In this document: piece after piece, positions 10,264 to 19,140 of the stretch
How the letters are laid out: every line of letters begins with the position of its first letter
Position numbering within the stretch: the first letter of the stretch is position 1
Assembly: GCA_038203825.1 (NCBI GenBank)
Contig: JBBRDO010000002.1
Location: forward strand, 34,617-98,616
Direction: 5' to 3'
Source: Chloroflexia bacterium
Lineage (GTDB): Bacteria > Chloroflexota > Chloroflexia > QHBQ01 > JADMIH01
DNA: 64,000 nucleotides
Notes under the pieces: generated by a model
The model's input: only the letters and a program-made list of their open reading frames with translations
Database searches by the model: none
What the model was told of the DNA's origin: nothing
Made by a program: the position numbers and the translations under genes

Positions 10264-11853
10264 TTATTTTACAGTGCCAAGCATTGTCCAACCCGGTGCG
10301 AGCGCGTTAGGACCATCATAGGTTTTAAGCGTACTGAGCTTGTATGAAGAGTCAAACGCCAAGGTCATTGCTGCGCCGGTATCGAGCCTGTAGGCAACAA
10401 GACGTGGTTGTGCTCCCAGGTAACGTCCACCCGGCGATAGAAGCGCGAAGCCGGTCCAGCCTAGTCCGAACTCCGTGGGTGATCCATCGGCAAGAGTGCC
10501 GTCTGACTTCACCTCGCGGACATCGTACTGCCCGGTAAGGGGGTTATAGAAGAAGATGTGGGTGTCGTCGACGTAGCCAATAGCTTTCCAGTGTCGGTCG
10601 GCTCCCACCCTCACTCTGGTGGTAACGGGTACCATATTGACTACAGCGCCGTTGCTGTCCAGGTTAATTGTCATGTAGTGTATGAACTCGTCTATCTGCG
10701 GGCTGTCCAGATAGAAAAAGACCTGGCCCGCAAAGTTGCCGATTACGTCGGCATAGTGTACATTTAGCGTCTTCGTTGACAGGGGTTGATAACTACCATC
10801 AGCCTCGATTTTGCCCGGGTCCAAGATAGTGGTCGCATTATCGAACAAGACGATTAGACCACCGGCGGTAGTGACATGAGTGTGGCCCGCTCTGAAGCCA
10901 TAAGAGAACAGGTGAGCATAAGAGCCGTCGGGTTCGAGCTTGGCGGTCTCAGCCCCACCGGACTGTTTGTAGAACAGGAGGTATCCGCCGTTGGACGACG
11001 TGAAATGCGTCCAGTTCTGGGAGCCAAGGTCGAAGGAGGGCTGGTTGAAGATCGTGCCTTCCTGGTCGACCAACGCCGGCTGCCCTGTGCCGCCGCCATT
11101 GAGGAACAGAACCTGCCCGGTCGGACCGACAGGCTGAGGTGATGGGGTTGCTGTTGGTTCAACTGGCTGCGAAGTTGGTGTCGCGCCCGTTACCACCGTT
11201 GGCGGCGGCGTAGTCCCGTGCTTCTTGTTGTAGTAGAAGACGCCGAGAAGCGACAGCAGTACTTCGTTTGGCGTGCCCGCAAATTCGGCATGATACTCGA
11301 AGACGGCACGCTCGAAATATTGGACTGTGTACGTCTTACCGTCGGTCGCACTTACCTCTGAGAACTCGTTAGAGATGGGAAATCCTTGTTGTGCAAGCCC
11401 GCCGTGCGCTTCCCAATAAGTGCGGAAAGCCCCTCCTAAAGTCTTGCCTGTCTCGGTAAACTGGCGGGGATTGACTGTGCTGGCCTGTTGGTTAGGCGCG
11501 TTGCCACCGTACTTGTCGTTGTAGTAGAAAACGCCCAACAGGGAGAGCAGTACCTCACTGGGGGTGCCGGCGAACTCCGGGTGCTTTTCAAAGACGGCAC
11601 GTTGGAAGTACTGCATGGTATAGGTCTTACCGTCGGTGTCGCTCACCTCCTGTAACTCATCGCTGATAGGATAGCCTTGCTGGGCCAATCCCCCATGGGC
11701 ATTCCAATAGGCGAGGAACAAGCCGTTTACAGTATGCCCAGTCTCAGGGAAGAACTGCGAATCGTCAGCTTTTGCCGTTCCACCTGCCATCGGGAGCATG
11801 GCAAATAGCAACGCGATAATCGCTACCAAAAGGGGTGTCTTGTGCTTCGCCAA
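10264..11853 (-). CDS. Secreted protein with two Chloroflexi-type FPETG repeat domains, a PT linker and a beta-rich C-terminal domain
   Basis: Signal peptide ending AKA; two repeats of F(F/T)(P)ETG..GxFxxYWxAHGGLAQQG(Y/F)PIS...QYF(Q/E)RAVFE; start uncertain (TTG at 11853 chosen). Confidence 0.8.
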   Translation of the reverse strand: MAKHKTPLLVAIIALLFAMLPMAGGTAKADDSQFFPETGHTVNGLFLAYWNAHGGLAQQGYPISDELQEVSDTDGKTYTMQYFQRAVFEKHPEFAGTPSEVLLSLLGVFYYNDKYGGNAPNQQASTVNPRQFTETGKTLGGAFRTYWEAHGGLAQQGFPISNEFSEVSATDGKTYTVQYFERAVFEYHAEFAGTPNEVLLSLLGVFYYNKKHGTTPPPTVVTGATPTSQPVEPTATPSPQPVGPTGQVLFLNGGGTGQPALVDQEGTIFNQPSFDLGSQNWTHFTSSNGGYLLFYKQSGGAETAKLEPDGSYAHLFSYGFRAGHTHVTTAGGLIVLFDNATTILDPGKIEADGSYQPLSTKTLNVHYADVIGNFAGQVFFYLDSPQIDEFIHYMTINLDSNGAVVNMVPVTTRVRVGADRHWKAIGYVDDTHIFFYNPLTGQYDVREVKSDGTLADGSPTEFGLGWTGFALLSPGGRYLGAQPRLVAYRLDTGAAMTLAFDSSYKLSTLKTYDGPNALAPGWTMLGTVK

Positions 11854-12130
11854 GTTTCTGCTCTGCTTTCCCGCTTTAACGGATTGGGCCTGGATCGGGA
11901 CCCAGGCTGGACGGGGAACACACAGGAAGAAAGAATAAATAGGCCCTAATTCTAGCATAAATGCGCCCAAGAATCAATCAAGAATGAGGTTGACTCTTGG
12001 GCAACGGCGCATAATTTACTCCTTATGGCCTATTGACTACCAGGCATGGATGTGCTAATCTTACTTAACAGTCGGCATGTATAATTGTGCATGCCCCATA
12101 TTTTATTAACCCTAACCAAGGAGAAAAGAC

Positions 12131-12841
12131 ATCGCTAGAGATTTTCGTGTAAATGGCAGAATCAGGGCGAGGGAAGTACGCCTTATTGGTGAAGGCGGCG
12201 AAAATACCCTCATGTTTACTCGCGATGCGATTGCCCTGGCGCAGCAACGCGGCTTGGACCTCGTAGAGGTCGCCCCCAACGAAGTTCCGCCCGTCTGCAA
12301 GTTGATGGACTACGGTAAGTTCAAATACGACCAGACAAAGAAAGAGCGCGACGCACGCAAGACCCAGAAACAGGTCATCCTCAAAGAAGTGCGCCTCAGC
12401 CCCAAGATTGACGAACACGACATTGACTATCGTACCAAGATGGTACGCCGCTTTCTCGAAGAAGGCAACAAGGTCAAGCTTACCGTCAAGTTCAAGGGAC
12501 GCGAATTGGCCCACACCAATCTGGGACGCGACGTATTAGAGCAAGTACGCCTCACATTGGGCGACAATGTAGTCATAGAAGCGCCTCCCAAGATGGAAGG
12601 TAAGAGCATGACTATGATTCTGGCGCCCCGCCCCGGTAAGGGTGCTCCCCGTCCCGTTCGACCCCCGTCAGCCGATGGCGCAAGCCCTTCACCTCGACCC
12701 GCTTCGGCTACCCCTGCTGCGGTTGCCCCTCCGGTTGACGATTCAGTCCCTGTTGCCGAAACCGTAGCCGCCGCTCCCGCAGCACCCGAAGAAGAGCAGG
12801 CCCCGGTTGCCGTACCCGCAGGCGTTACCACGGCCAGGTAA
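12131..12841 (+). CDS. infC: Translation initiation factor IF-3 with non-canonical ATC start
   Basis: AAGGAG RBS then in-frame ATC (12131) giving IARDFRVNGRIRAREVRLI; GLDLVEVAP..PPVCKLMDYGKFKY; KEVRLSPKIDEHD. Confidence 0.96.
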   Translation: MARDFRVNGRIRAREVRLIGEGGENTLMFTRDAIALAQQRGLDLVEVAPNEVPPVCKLMDYGKFKYDQTKKERDARKTQKQVILKEVRLSPKIDEHDIDYRTKMVRRFLEEGNKVKLTVKFKGRELAHTNLGRDVLEQVRLTLGDNVVIEAPPKMEGKSMTMILAPRPGKGAPRPVRPPSADGASPSPRPASATPAAVAPPVDDSVPVAETVAAAPAAPEEEQAPVAVPAGVTTAR

Positions 12842-12875
12842 CCTCTAACCGAAACTTCGATTTTGAATTTGAAGA

Positions 12876-12911
12876 TGATATGGCCCACGCATAACAGCGT
12901 GGGCCATATCA
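12876..12911. terminator. Hairpin between convergent infC and leuS
   Basis: TGATATGGCCCACGC / GCGTGGGCCATATCA, 15-bp perfect stem. Confidence 0.75.
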
Positions 12912-12929
12912 CTTAACCTCTTCCGCGTG

Positions 12930-15443
12930 TCAACTAACAACCACGCTGACCAGACGCCCTGGCACGTAGCGCGCCTGGCGTACCTCTTTCCCCGCCACGA
13001 TAGCCGCCACCTTCTCGCTAGCCAATGCCGCAGCGATCGCTTCCTCTTCAGTCGCCTCGGCGTCCAGGATAATGCGTTCGCGCACTTTCCCGTTCACCTG
13101 TACCGCTACTTCGACCCTCTCCGAGGCGGCCAGTTCAGCGTTGAATGCCGGCCAGGGCTGAGAATGAATGTGGCCTTCGCCTCCCGCCTGCTCCCACAAC
13201 TCGGCCGTTATGTGCGGTGTCATCGGAGCCAGCAGCAGCAGTAGCGAGGTTGCGGCTTCCGAGTAGGCATAAGTCTTCGGCCCATGTGCGTCACGGTACG
13301 CTTGCATTGCGTTCGCCAGCTCCATAATCGCGCTCACAGCCGTGTTGAAGTGGAACCGGTCGATGTCGTCCGTCACCTTCTTTATCGTCATATGCACGCG
13401 CCTCAGCAGCTCGCGGTCTGATGTCGAATAATCGTTGATCGCCCTGTCCTGGCCCGATCCACCGACCGAAACGTCGCCTTCGAACAAACGCCACACTCGG
13501 TTCAGGAACCGGTGCATTCCCTCCGCTCCCCTGTCGTTCCATTCGGCGTCCTCGTCAGGTGGCCCGATGAACAGGATGAACAACCTGCCCGTGTCCGCGC
13601 CTTGTGAATCCACCATGGTGTCAACCGGCACGACGTTGCCCTTGCTCTTCGACATTTTCGCGCCGTCCTTCGTAATCATACCCTGCGTAAACAGGCGGTT
13701 GAAGGGCTCCTGCACGTTCACCATCCCATCATCGGCCAACATTTTCGTGAAGAATCGCGCATACATCAGGTGCAAGATAGCGTGCTCCACCCCGCCCGTA
13801 TACTGGTCGACTCCCATCCAGTAGTTGGCCCTGTCCGGGTCGAATGGCGTCAGGTTGTTATGCGGATCGCAGAAGCGCAGGAAATACCACGACGAGTCGA
13901 CGAAAGTGTCCATAGTGTCGGTCTCGCGCTTTGCCGGTCCACCGCAATTCGGGCAAATAACGTTTACAAACGACGCAACGCGAGCCAAGGGCGACTCTCC
14001 ACCCAGCCTGAACTCGACATCCAGGGGCAGAATCACGGGCAGGTCGCCCTCAGGCACAGGTTGTTCGCCGCATTCCGGGCAGTAAATGATCGGTATTGGC
14101 GCGCCCCAGTAGCGCTGTCGCGAGATCAGCCAGTCGCGCAGGCGGAAGTTGACGGTCCCCTTGCCCTTGCCCTGCTCCTCCAGCATCTTGATCATGGCCG
14201 CTTTGCTCTCAGCGGTCGGCTTGCCGTTCAACGGTCCCGAGTTGATCATGTGCCCCACACCCGTATACAGCGGCACCGTGGCCGCGGCCTTCAACACCGG
14301 CGCCACGCTTGGGTCCCCGCTCTCCACCGGAGCAACGCCCTTCTCCGGCTCAACCACCGCTACAATCGGCAGGTCGTACTTCAAGGCGAAGTCATAGTCT
14401 CGCTCGTCCCCGCCGGGCACGGCCATGATCGCCCCGGTGCCGTACGTTACCAATACGTAGTCCGCTATCCACACAGGTATGTTCTCGCCCGTGATCGGAT
14501 TCCGGGCATAAGCGCCGGTCCAAACGCCCGTCTTGTCTTTGTCCGCAGTCATCCGCTCGATCTCGGTCTGGCGCCTTGCCTGTGCCACATAGCTCTCGAC
14601 CGCTTCCCTCTGTGCATCTGTCGTTATCTGCTCGACCAGCGGATGTTCGGGGGCCAGCACCATGAACGTGGCCCCGTATATCGTATCGGGGCGCGTCGTA
14701 TAAACGGTGATCTCCCCCTCGTGCCCTACCAGCGGGAAGTCAACCTTGGCGCCATATGAGCGCCCGATCCAGTTCCTCTGCATGGTCTTGACGCGCTCCG
14801 GCCACTCCGGCAGCAAATCCAAATCATCGATCAGCCGGTCAGCATAGTCCGTTATCCGGAAGAACCACTGGGTCAGGTCCTTCTTTATGACCTCCGTTCC
14901 GCAACGCTCGCAGCGCCCGTTGACCACCTGCTCGTTCGCCAGCACCGTCTGGTCAAAAGGACACCAGTTGGCAGCTGCTTTCTTCCGGTAGGCCAGCCCC
15001 TTCCTGTACATCAGCAGGAACATCCACTGAGTCCACCGGTAGTAGTCCGGCAGGCAAGACGCCACTTCGCGGTCCCAATCGTAGACAATGCCCATCTTGG
15101 CAAACTGGTCTTTCATGTCAACGATGTTCTGCAGAGTCCTTATTGCTGGGTGCTTGCCATCTTTGATCGCTGCGTTCTCTGCCGGCAGGCCAAAGGCGTC
15201 CCAGCCCATCGGATTCATGACGTTGTAGCCGCGCATCGTCTTATATCTCGCGGTCAGGTCGCCTATGGTGTAATTGCGCATGTGCCCCATATGCAGGTCG
15301 CCCGAAGGGTACGGAAACATGACCAGCGCATAGAATTTGGGCTTGCTGTCGTCCCGCTTTGCGTAATATGTTTTGTTCTCATGCCAGAACTGCTGCCATT
15401 TCGGCTCAATGTTCTGCGGAACATATCTCTGGTCTTTGTCCAT
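12930..15443 (-). CDS. leuS: Leucine--tRNA ligase
   Basis: MFPYPSGDLHMGH (HIGH-like), KMSKSKGN, DWLISRQRYWG, editing domain with YTTRPDT and GTGAIMAVP. Confidence 0.98.
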   Translation of the reverse strand: MDKDQRYVPQNIEPKWQQFWHENKTYYAKRDDSKPKFYALVMFPYPSGDLHMGHMRNYTIGDLTARYKTMRGYNVMNPMGWDAFGLPAENAAIKDGKHPAIRTLQNIVDMKDQFAKMGIVYDWDREVASCLPDYYRWTQWMFLLMYRKGLAYRKKAAANWCPFDQTVLANEQVVNGRCERCGTEVIKKDLTQWFFRITDYADRLIDDLDLLPEWPERVKTMQRNWIGRSYGAKVDFPLVGHEGEITVYTTRPDTIYGATFMVLAPEHPLVEQITTDAQREAVESYVAQARRQTEIERMTADKDKTGVWTGAYARNPITGENIPVWIADYVLVTYGTGAIMAVPGGDERDYDFALKYDLPIVAVVEPEKGVAPVESGDPSVAPVLKAAATVPLYTGVGHMINSGPLNGKPTAESKAAMIKMLEEQGKGKGTVNFRLRDWLISRQRYWGAPIPIIYCPECGEQPVPEGDLPVILPLDVEFRLGGESPLARVASFVNVICPNCGGPAKRETDTMDTFVDSSWYFLRFCDPHNNLTPFDPDRANYWMGVDQYTGGVEHAILHLMYARFFTKMLADDGMVNVQEPFNRLFTQGMITKDGAKMSKSKGNVVPVDTMVDSQGADTGRLFILFIGPPDEDAEWNDRGAEGMHRFLNRVWRLFEGDVSVGGSGQDRAINDYSTSDRELLRRVHMTIKKVTDDIDRFHFNTAVSAIMELANAMQAYRDAHGPKTYAYSEAATSLLLLLAPMTPHITAELWEQAGGEGHIHSQPWPAFNAELAASERVEVAVQVNGKVRERIILDAEATEEEAIAAALASEKVAAIVAGKEVRQARYVPGRLVSVVVS

Positions 15444-15494
15444 AGCCCCTCCCTCGTTCTGTCGTCAGTCGTCGGTCGTCCGTCGTCGCGGAGC

Positions 15495-15815
15495 ATTAAA
15501 AAACGCCCATCGTCCACACAGGGACGAAAGGCTCTTGGCTTCCGCGTTACCACCCCGATTGGTTCGCAACGCGTCGCGTCACGTACCCACTCGATTGCGC
15601 TTTATCGGGCGCTCCCGGCCGTGCTAATCCTCGCTTTTTACACCCGGCCACTTTCACGAGGTTTCACTAGGCGGCTCCCCGGCGAGTTCGGCGCTTGCTA
15701 CACGCATTACTTTGCGTGCAGGTGTCCTGTACAGGGCTTGCACCATCCCCTGTTCGCTGTATATAGACGGGCCTACTACTCCGGTTCAATGCCACTATTC
15801 ACTATTCAGTTTGCT
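15495..15815 (-). ncRNA. T-box riboswitch (Leu specifier CUC) upstream of leuS
   Basis: Minus strand: AGTA and GGTG boxes, GAA-CTC specifier (15684-15686), T-box AATCGGGGTGGTAACGCG (15543-15560), then a terminator hairpin with a U-tract. Confidence 0.92.
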
Positions 15816-15822
15816 AAGCACG

Positions 15823-15851
15823 ATTATATCTCACGTCGCCGCGCATGTCAA
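15823..15851 (-). promoter_or_regulatory. Sigma70-type promoter for the leuS leader
   Basis: TTGACA-17 nt-TATAAT, perfect consensus. Confidence 0.88.
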
Positions 15852-15960
15852 TCAGTCTTACGAAGTAGTATAATCAGGAGTATGGCAGACGGGCAAGACA
15901 GCACTGATTTGTTGGCCCGCTAGTGAATGCGCGGGCCGATTCGGTCCAGGAGGAGAAACC

Positions 15961-16245
15961 GTGCCGAGGCCAATCCTAACTATTGATGCCGTCAGAATTA
16001 GACGCACTCCCCTCTACGACAAGCAGCAAGTGGTGGGTTTTACCACGGACATTCCTATCGAGGTGCGCGGAACACTCTATTTCCAAAACGGTAGCACCAT
16101 GAAACTCCTTCAGTCCCTGAATGACGAGGAGCAGCACCAGTTGGAAGACCTGCTCACTCGTGCTTCCTCACGCATCCTCTCCCTTATGACAGTCGCTCTG
16201 AGCAGTGAGGAATCGCAAGATTCCCAGTCCCTGCTTGATGACTGA
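15961..16245 (+). CDS. Hypothetical protein
   Basis: AGGAGGAG RBS before GTG; 94 aa; TATAAT upstream at about 15868. Confidence 0.65.
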   Translation: MPRPILTIDAVRIRRTPLYDKQQVVGFTTDIPIEVRGTLYFQNGSTMKLLQSLNDEEQHQLEDLLTRASSRILSLMTVALSSEESQDSQSLLDD

Positions 16246-16345
16246 TCCGGCGCCGGCTGCACCGTGCCCGACATACAATCCACAACCCTTACCCCGCCCT
16301 ACATGCTCAAACGCAATCTTTCAACCAAACATACAGGAGGCTCAA

Positions 16346-16873
16346 ATGCACGAACGCACGGACGAAGCCTATGAGTTGGACGAGAAACTGACCGTGCTCG
16401 GCCCTACAGTGCGCCCCGGTGATGTGGCTCCCGTCTTCGCACTCGACAGTTTTGACGGCAATACAATGTCCACTGTCGGCCTTGCAGACACCGCCGGCCA
16501 TGTGCGCTTGCTGAACGTGATAAATTCGCTCGACACGCCGGTCTGCAATATTGAGACACGCAAGTGGGACAGGCTGCGCTCTGACCTACCTCCCGACACC
16601 ATCATCTACACCATCAGCATGGACCTCCCCTACGCCCAGGCACGCTGGCAGACGGCAGAAGCCGTATCGCACGCCGCCCTATCAGCTCACAAGAATGAGC
16701 AATTCGCCACCGATTATGGCGTTCTCCTCAAAGAATGGCGACTGCTGCAGCGTGCCGTATTCGTCATTGACCCCCAGGGCATCATAACCTACGCGGAATA
16801 TGTGCCCGACCAGATGAAGGAACCGAACTACAATGCGGCAGTAGAAGCTGTACGCCATGCCACCAAAGCCTAA
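16346..16873 (+). CDS. tpx: Thiol peroxidase (Tpx family peroxiredoxin)
   Basis: AGGAGG RBS; SLDTPVC peroxidatic motif, ISMDLPYAQARW, LLQRAVFVID, EPNY. Confidence 0.9.
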   Translation: MHERTDEAYELDEKLTVLGPTVRPGDVAPVFALDSFDGNTMSTVGLADTAGHVRLLNVINSLDTPVCNIETRKWDRLRSDLPPDTIIYTISMDLPYAQARWQTAEAVSHAALSAHKNEQFATDYGVLLKEWRLLQRAVFVIDPQGIITYAEYVPDQMKEPNYNAAVEAVRHATKA

Positions 16874-16877
16874 CAGT

Positions 16878-17078
16878 ATGGAACATATCGACTATTCAAA
16901 ACTTCAGGACGAACTCCGTCGCGCATATGAACAGTTGGAGTATGCGCACCTATGGCTCGTTGCCTCCGACTGGACCGACGAGACCAACATTGACGACAAG
17001 CTATCCACAGCGCAGGTCAGGGCGCGAGCCTACCTCGAGATCGTCGATCGCCTGGCATGGATGATGCGCCGCACCTGA
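16878..17078 (+). CDS. Small hypothetical helical protein
   Basis: 66-aa ORF starting 4 nt after the tpx stop; plausible amphipathic helices. Confidence 0.5.
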   Translation: MEHIDYSKLQDELRRAYEQLEYAHLWLVASDWTDETNIDDKLSTAQVRARAYLEIVDRLAWMMRRT

Positions 17079-17279
17079 GAGAATCGGCTGTCGGTCCAAA
17101 AGCCAACCGCTGGAACTTGCATAGTTCCCCAGGCAGGCGCGCTCGTCCAAATCGAAAGTAGTCCGTGGCCAGACGGTGGCGAAACGGCATACTCCCCGTA
17201 CGCAAATCGACCCGCCAACCGTCAATCGCGTACTCGAAACGAGCCACGATGGGTGGTTGGTGTATTCACTGTGCATATC

Positions 17280-17521
17280 TTGCAACCATCTCATTGTTGG
17301 CGATACAATGATGACCAAAACTTCTACGCGAGGCAGCAGGGGGGTGATTGCACGGCCGGAGTGAAGCGCTTCGGCCCACGTCTCGGTCAAAAACATACAT
17401 GCGTCAAGCCGTCCTATATGGGACGGCCATTAGTGACCACCGGCGCAGTCACGATCAGGCAAGCCCGGACCCGGCCCAGCCTGTTGTATAGCCTGACTTA
17501 TCGAGGAGAGGAGGAGGATTA
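17280..17521 (+). promoter_or_regulatory. Promoter and structured 5' leader of the NCS2 permease (candidate purine-responsive element)
   Basis: TTGCAA-18 nt-TACAAT; hairpins GCCGTC/GACGGC and GTGAC/GTCAC; strong RBS. Confidence 0.4.
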
Positions 17522-19048
17522 ATGGCAACCGATACGACAACAATAGAGCCCGCGTCGAGCCCGACGCCTGCCAGGCCGGATCTGGAAGGCCTGATGATCG
17601 GGGCGGATGATACCGGCAATACAGATGAAACAGAGCTCAGGAGAGCCGGTGGGGGAGGCGGACCTGGAGACTATTTTGGCCTGAAGCGCTGGAAGGTAAC
17701 TTTACGAAGTGAGATCTTGGCCGGCATCTCAACGTTCCTGGTTATGTCATACATAGCCTTCGTGAACCCCAGCATCCTTACTCAGGTCACTGACAAGGCC
17801 GGGCTGAAGCTCAACTTCGGCGAAGTGCTTTCCGCTACTTGCTGGGTGGCTGCGGCCCTCTGTATTATCATGGGCGTATATGCTCGTCGGCCTTTCGCGA
17901 TGGCTGCAGGCATGGGCCTCAACGCTTTCGTCGCGTTCTCCCTCGTAGCCGCCGGTGGTCTCCTCTGGGGACAGGCATTCGGGTTGGTCGTGCTGGAAGG
18001 CATCATCATCACCCTGCTGGTGCTCACCAAGTTCCGTGAAGCAGTCATGGAAGCTGTACCACAGGCTCTCACCAGGGCCATCGCAGCAGGTATCGGCCTC
18101 TTCCTGCTATTTATCGGCCTCAACGAGGGAGGCATCGTGGGAGGCAATCCCACCTATGCCGTCGACCCGACCGTTCCCCCGGTTCAGCTTGGTAACTTCT
18201 TCACCTGGACCATAATTGTCACCCTGGTCGGTCTCTTCACGTCGCTCATCTTATACAAGATAGGCAATCGTGGTGCCCTCCTCATTGGTATCATAGCCGC
18301 CACTATCGTCGCTATCATACTCAACGCTCTTTACAACATCTACGACCCCAAGCTGGGCTGGGCCGTCCTTCCAAGCTCCGTCGTTTCCGCTCCTGCCGTG
18401 CCGCGTTTCTTCGGACTCGATCTGGGTTCGTTCTCGGCCTCGCCACTCTCAGCGGCCCTCAACACCTTCTCCCTCATGCTGTCCGACTTCTTCGATACGC
18501 TTGGCACCTTTATGGGCCTTGCACTGCTAGCAGGATTCCTGACTCCCAAAGGCAAGCTCCCCGACCCCGGCAAACCCTTGCTTGTTGATAGCATCGGCCC
18601 GATTCTGGGCGGAGCCTTCGGTTCCTCGTCCGCTACCACGTACATCGAGTCCGGCGCGGGCATCTCTGCCGGCGGTCGCACAGGCATCACCGCCATTACC
18701 GTAGGTGTCCTCTTTGCTTTGGTGCCTTTCTTCACGCCCCTCGTCGCCATTGTGCCACAGCAAGCCACCGCCGCCGCCCTGATCGTGGTGGGCATAGTCA
18801 TGTTCTCAGCGCTGAAGGACATGGAGTGGGACTTCGGCACTCTGGCCCCGGTAGTTCTTACGGTCGTTCTTATGCCCCTCACCTACTCCATTACGAACGG
18901 TATAGGCGCAGGATTCATAACCTACTGCTTGCTCGCCCTAGTCTCAGAGAGGCGGAATAAGATCCACCCCCTCATGTGGGCCTGTGCCGCTGCTTTCGTG
19001 ATCTACTTCGCTCAGGGCACTATAAGAGCCATACTTGGTGTCGGCTAG
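17522..19048 (+). CDS. NCS2 family nucleobase permease (AzgA/PbuG-like purine transporter)
   Basis: EILAGISTFLVMSYIAFVNP, DFFDTLGT, TTYIESGAGISAGGRTG, MPLTYSITNGI. Confidence 0.93.
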   Translation: MATDTTTIEPASSPTPARPDLEGLMIGADDTGNTDETELRRAGGGGGPGDYFGLKRWKVTLRSEILAGISTFLVMSYIAFVNPSILTQVTDKAGLKLNFGEVLSATCWVAAALCIIMGVYARRPFAMAAGMGLNAFVAFSLVAAGGLLWGQAFGLVVLEGIIITLLVLTKFREAVMEAVPQALTRAIAAGIGLFLLFIGLNEGGIVGGNPTYAVDPTVPPVQLGNFFTWTIIVTLVGLFTSLILYKIGNRGALLIGIIAATIVAIILNALYNIYDPKLGWAVLPSSVVSAPAVPRFFGLDLGSFSASPLSAALNTFSLMLSDFFDTLGTFMGLALLAGFLTPKGKLPDPGKPLLVDSIGPILGGAFGSSSATTYIESGAGISAGGRTGITAITVGVLFALVPFFTPLVAIVPQQATAAALIVVGIVMFSALKDMEWDFGTLAPVVLTVVLMPLTYSITNGIGAGFITYCLLALVSERRNKIHPLMWACAAAFVIYFAQGTIRAILGVG

Positions 19049-19077
19049 CCCAAGTTCTGACGCCTTGTAACAACATG

Positions 19078-19113
19078 CAAGAAACCTCTACAGTAAGGAC
19101 AGAGGTTTCTTGC
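19078..19113. terminator. Bidirectional intrinsic terminator
   Basis: CAAGAAACCTCT / AGAGGTTTCTTG inverted repeat between convergent genes. Confidence 0.75.
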
Positions 19114-19140
19114 TACCTGTTCCGTGAGCGGCGTCTGGAC

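Noticed and set aside
13770-15923. Long antisense ORFs (e.g. 13770-14759, 15150-15923; similarly 21361-22341, 38575-39438, 49037-49816)
   Set aside because: Shadow ORFs opposite well-supported genes in GC-rich DNA, with no RBS or recognisable motifs.
17357-17390. NMT1/xanthine riboswitch (GGAGTGAAGCG)
   Set aside because: Only the 5' few nucleotides resemble it; the complementary 3' segment was not found.
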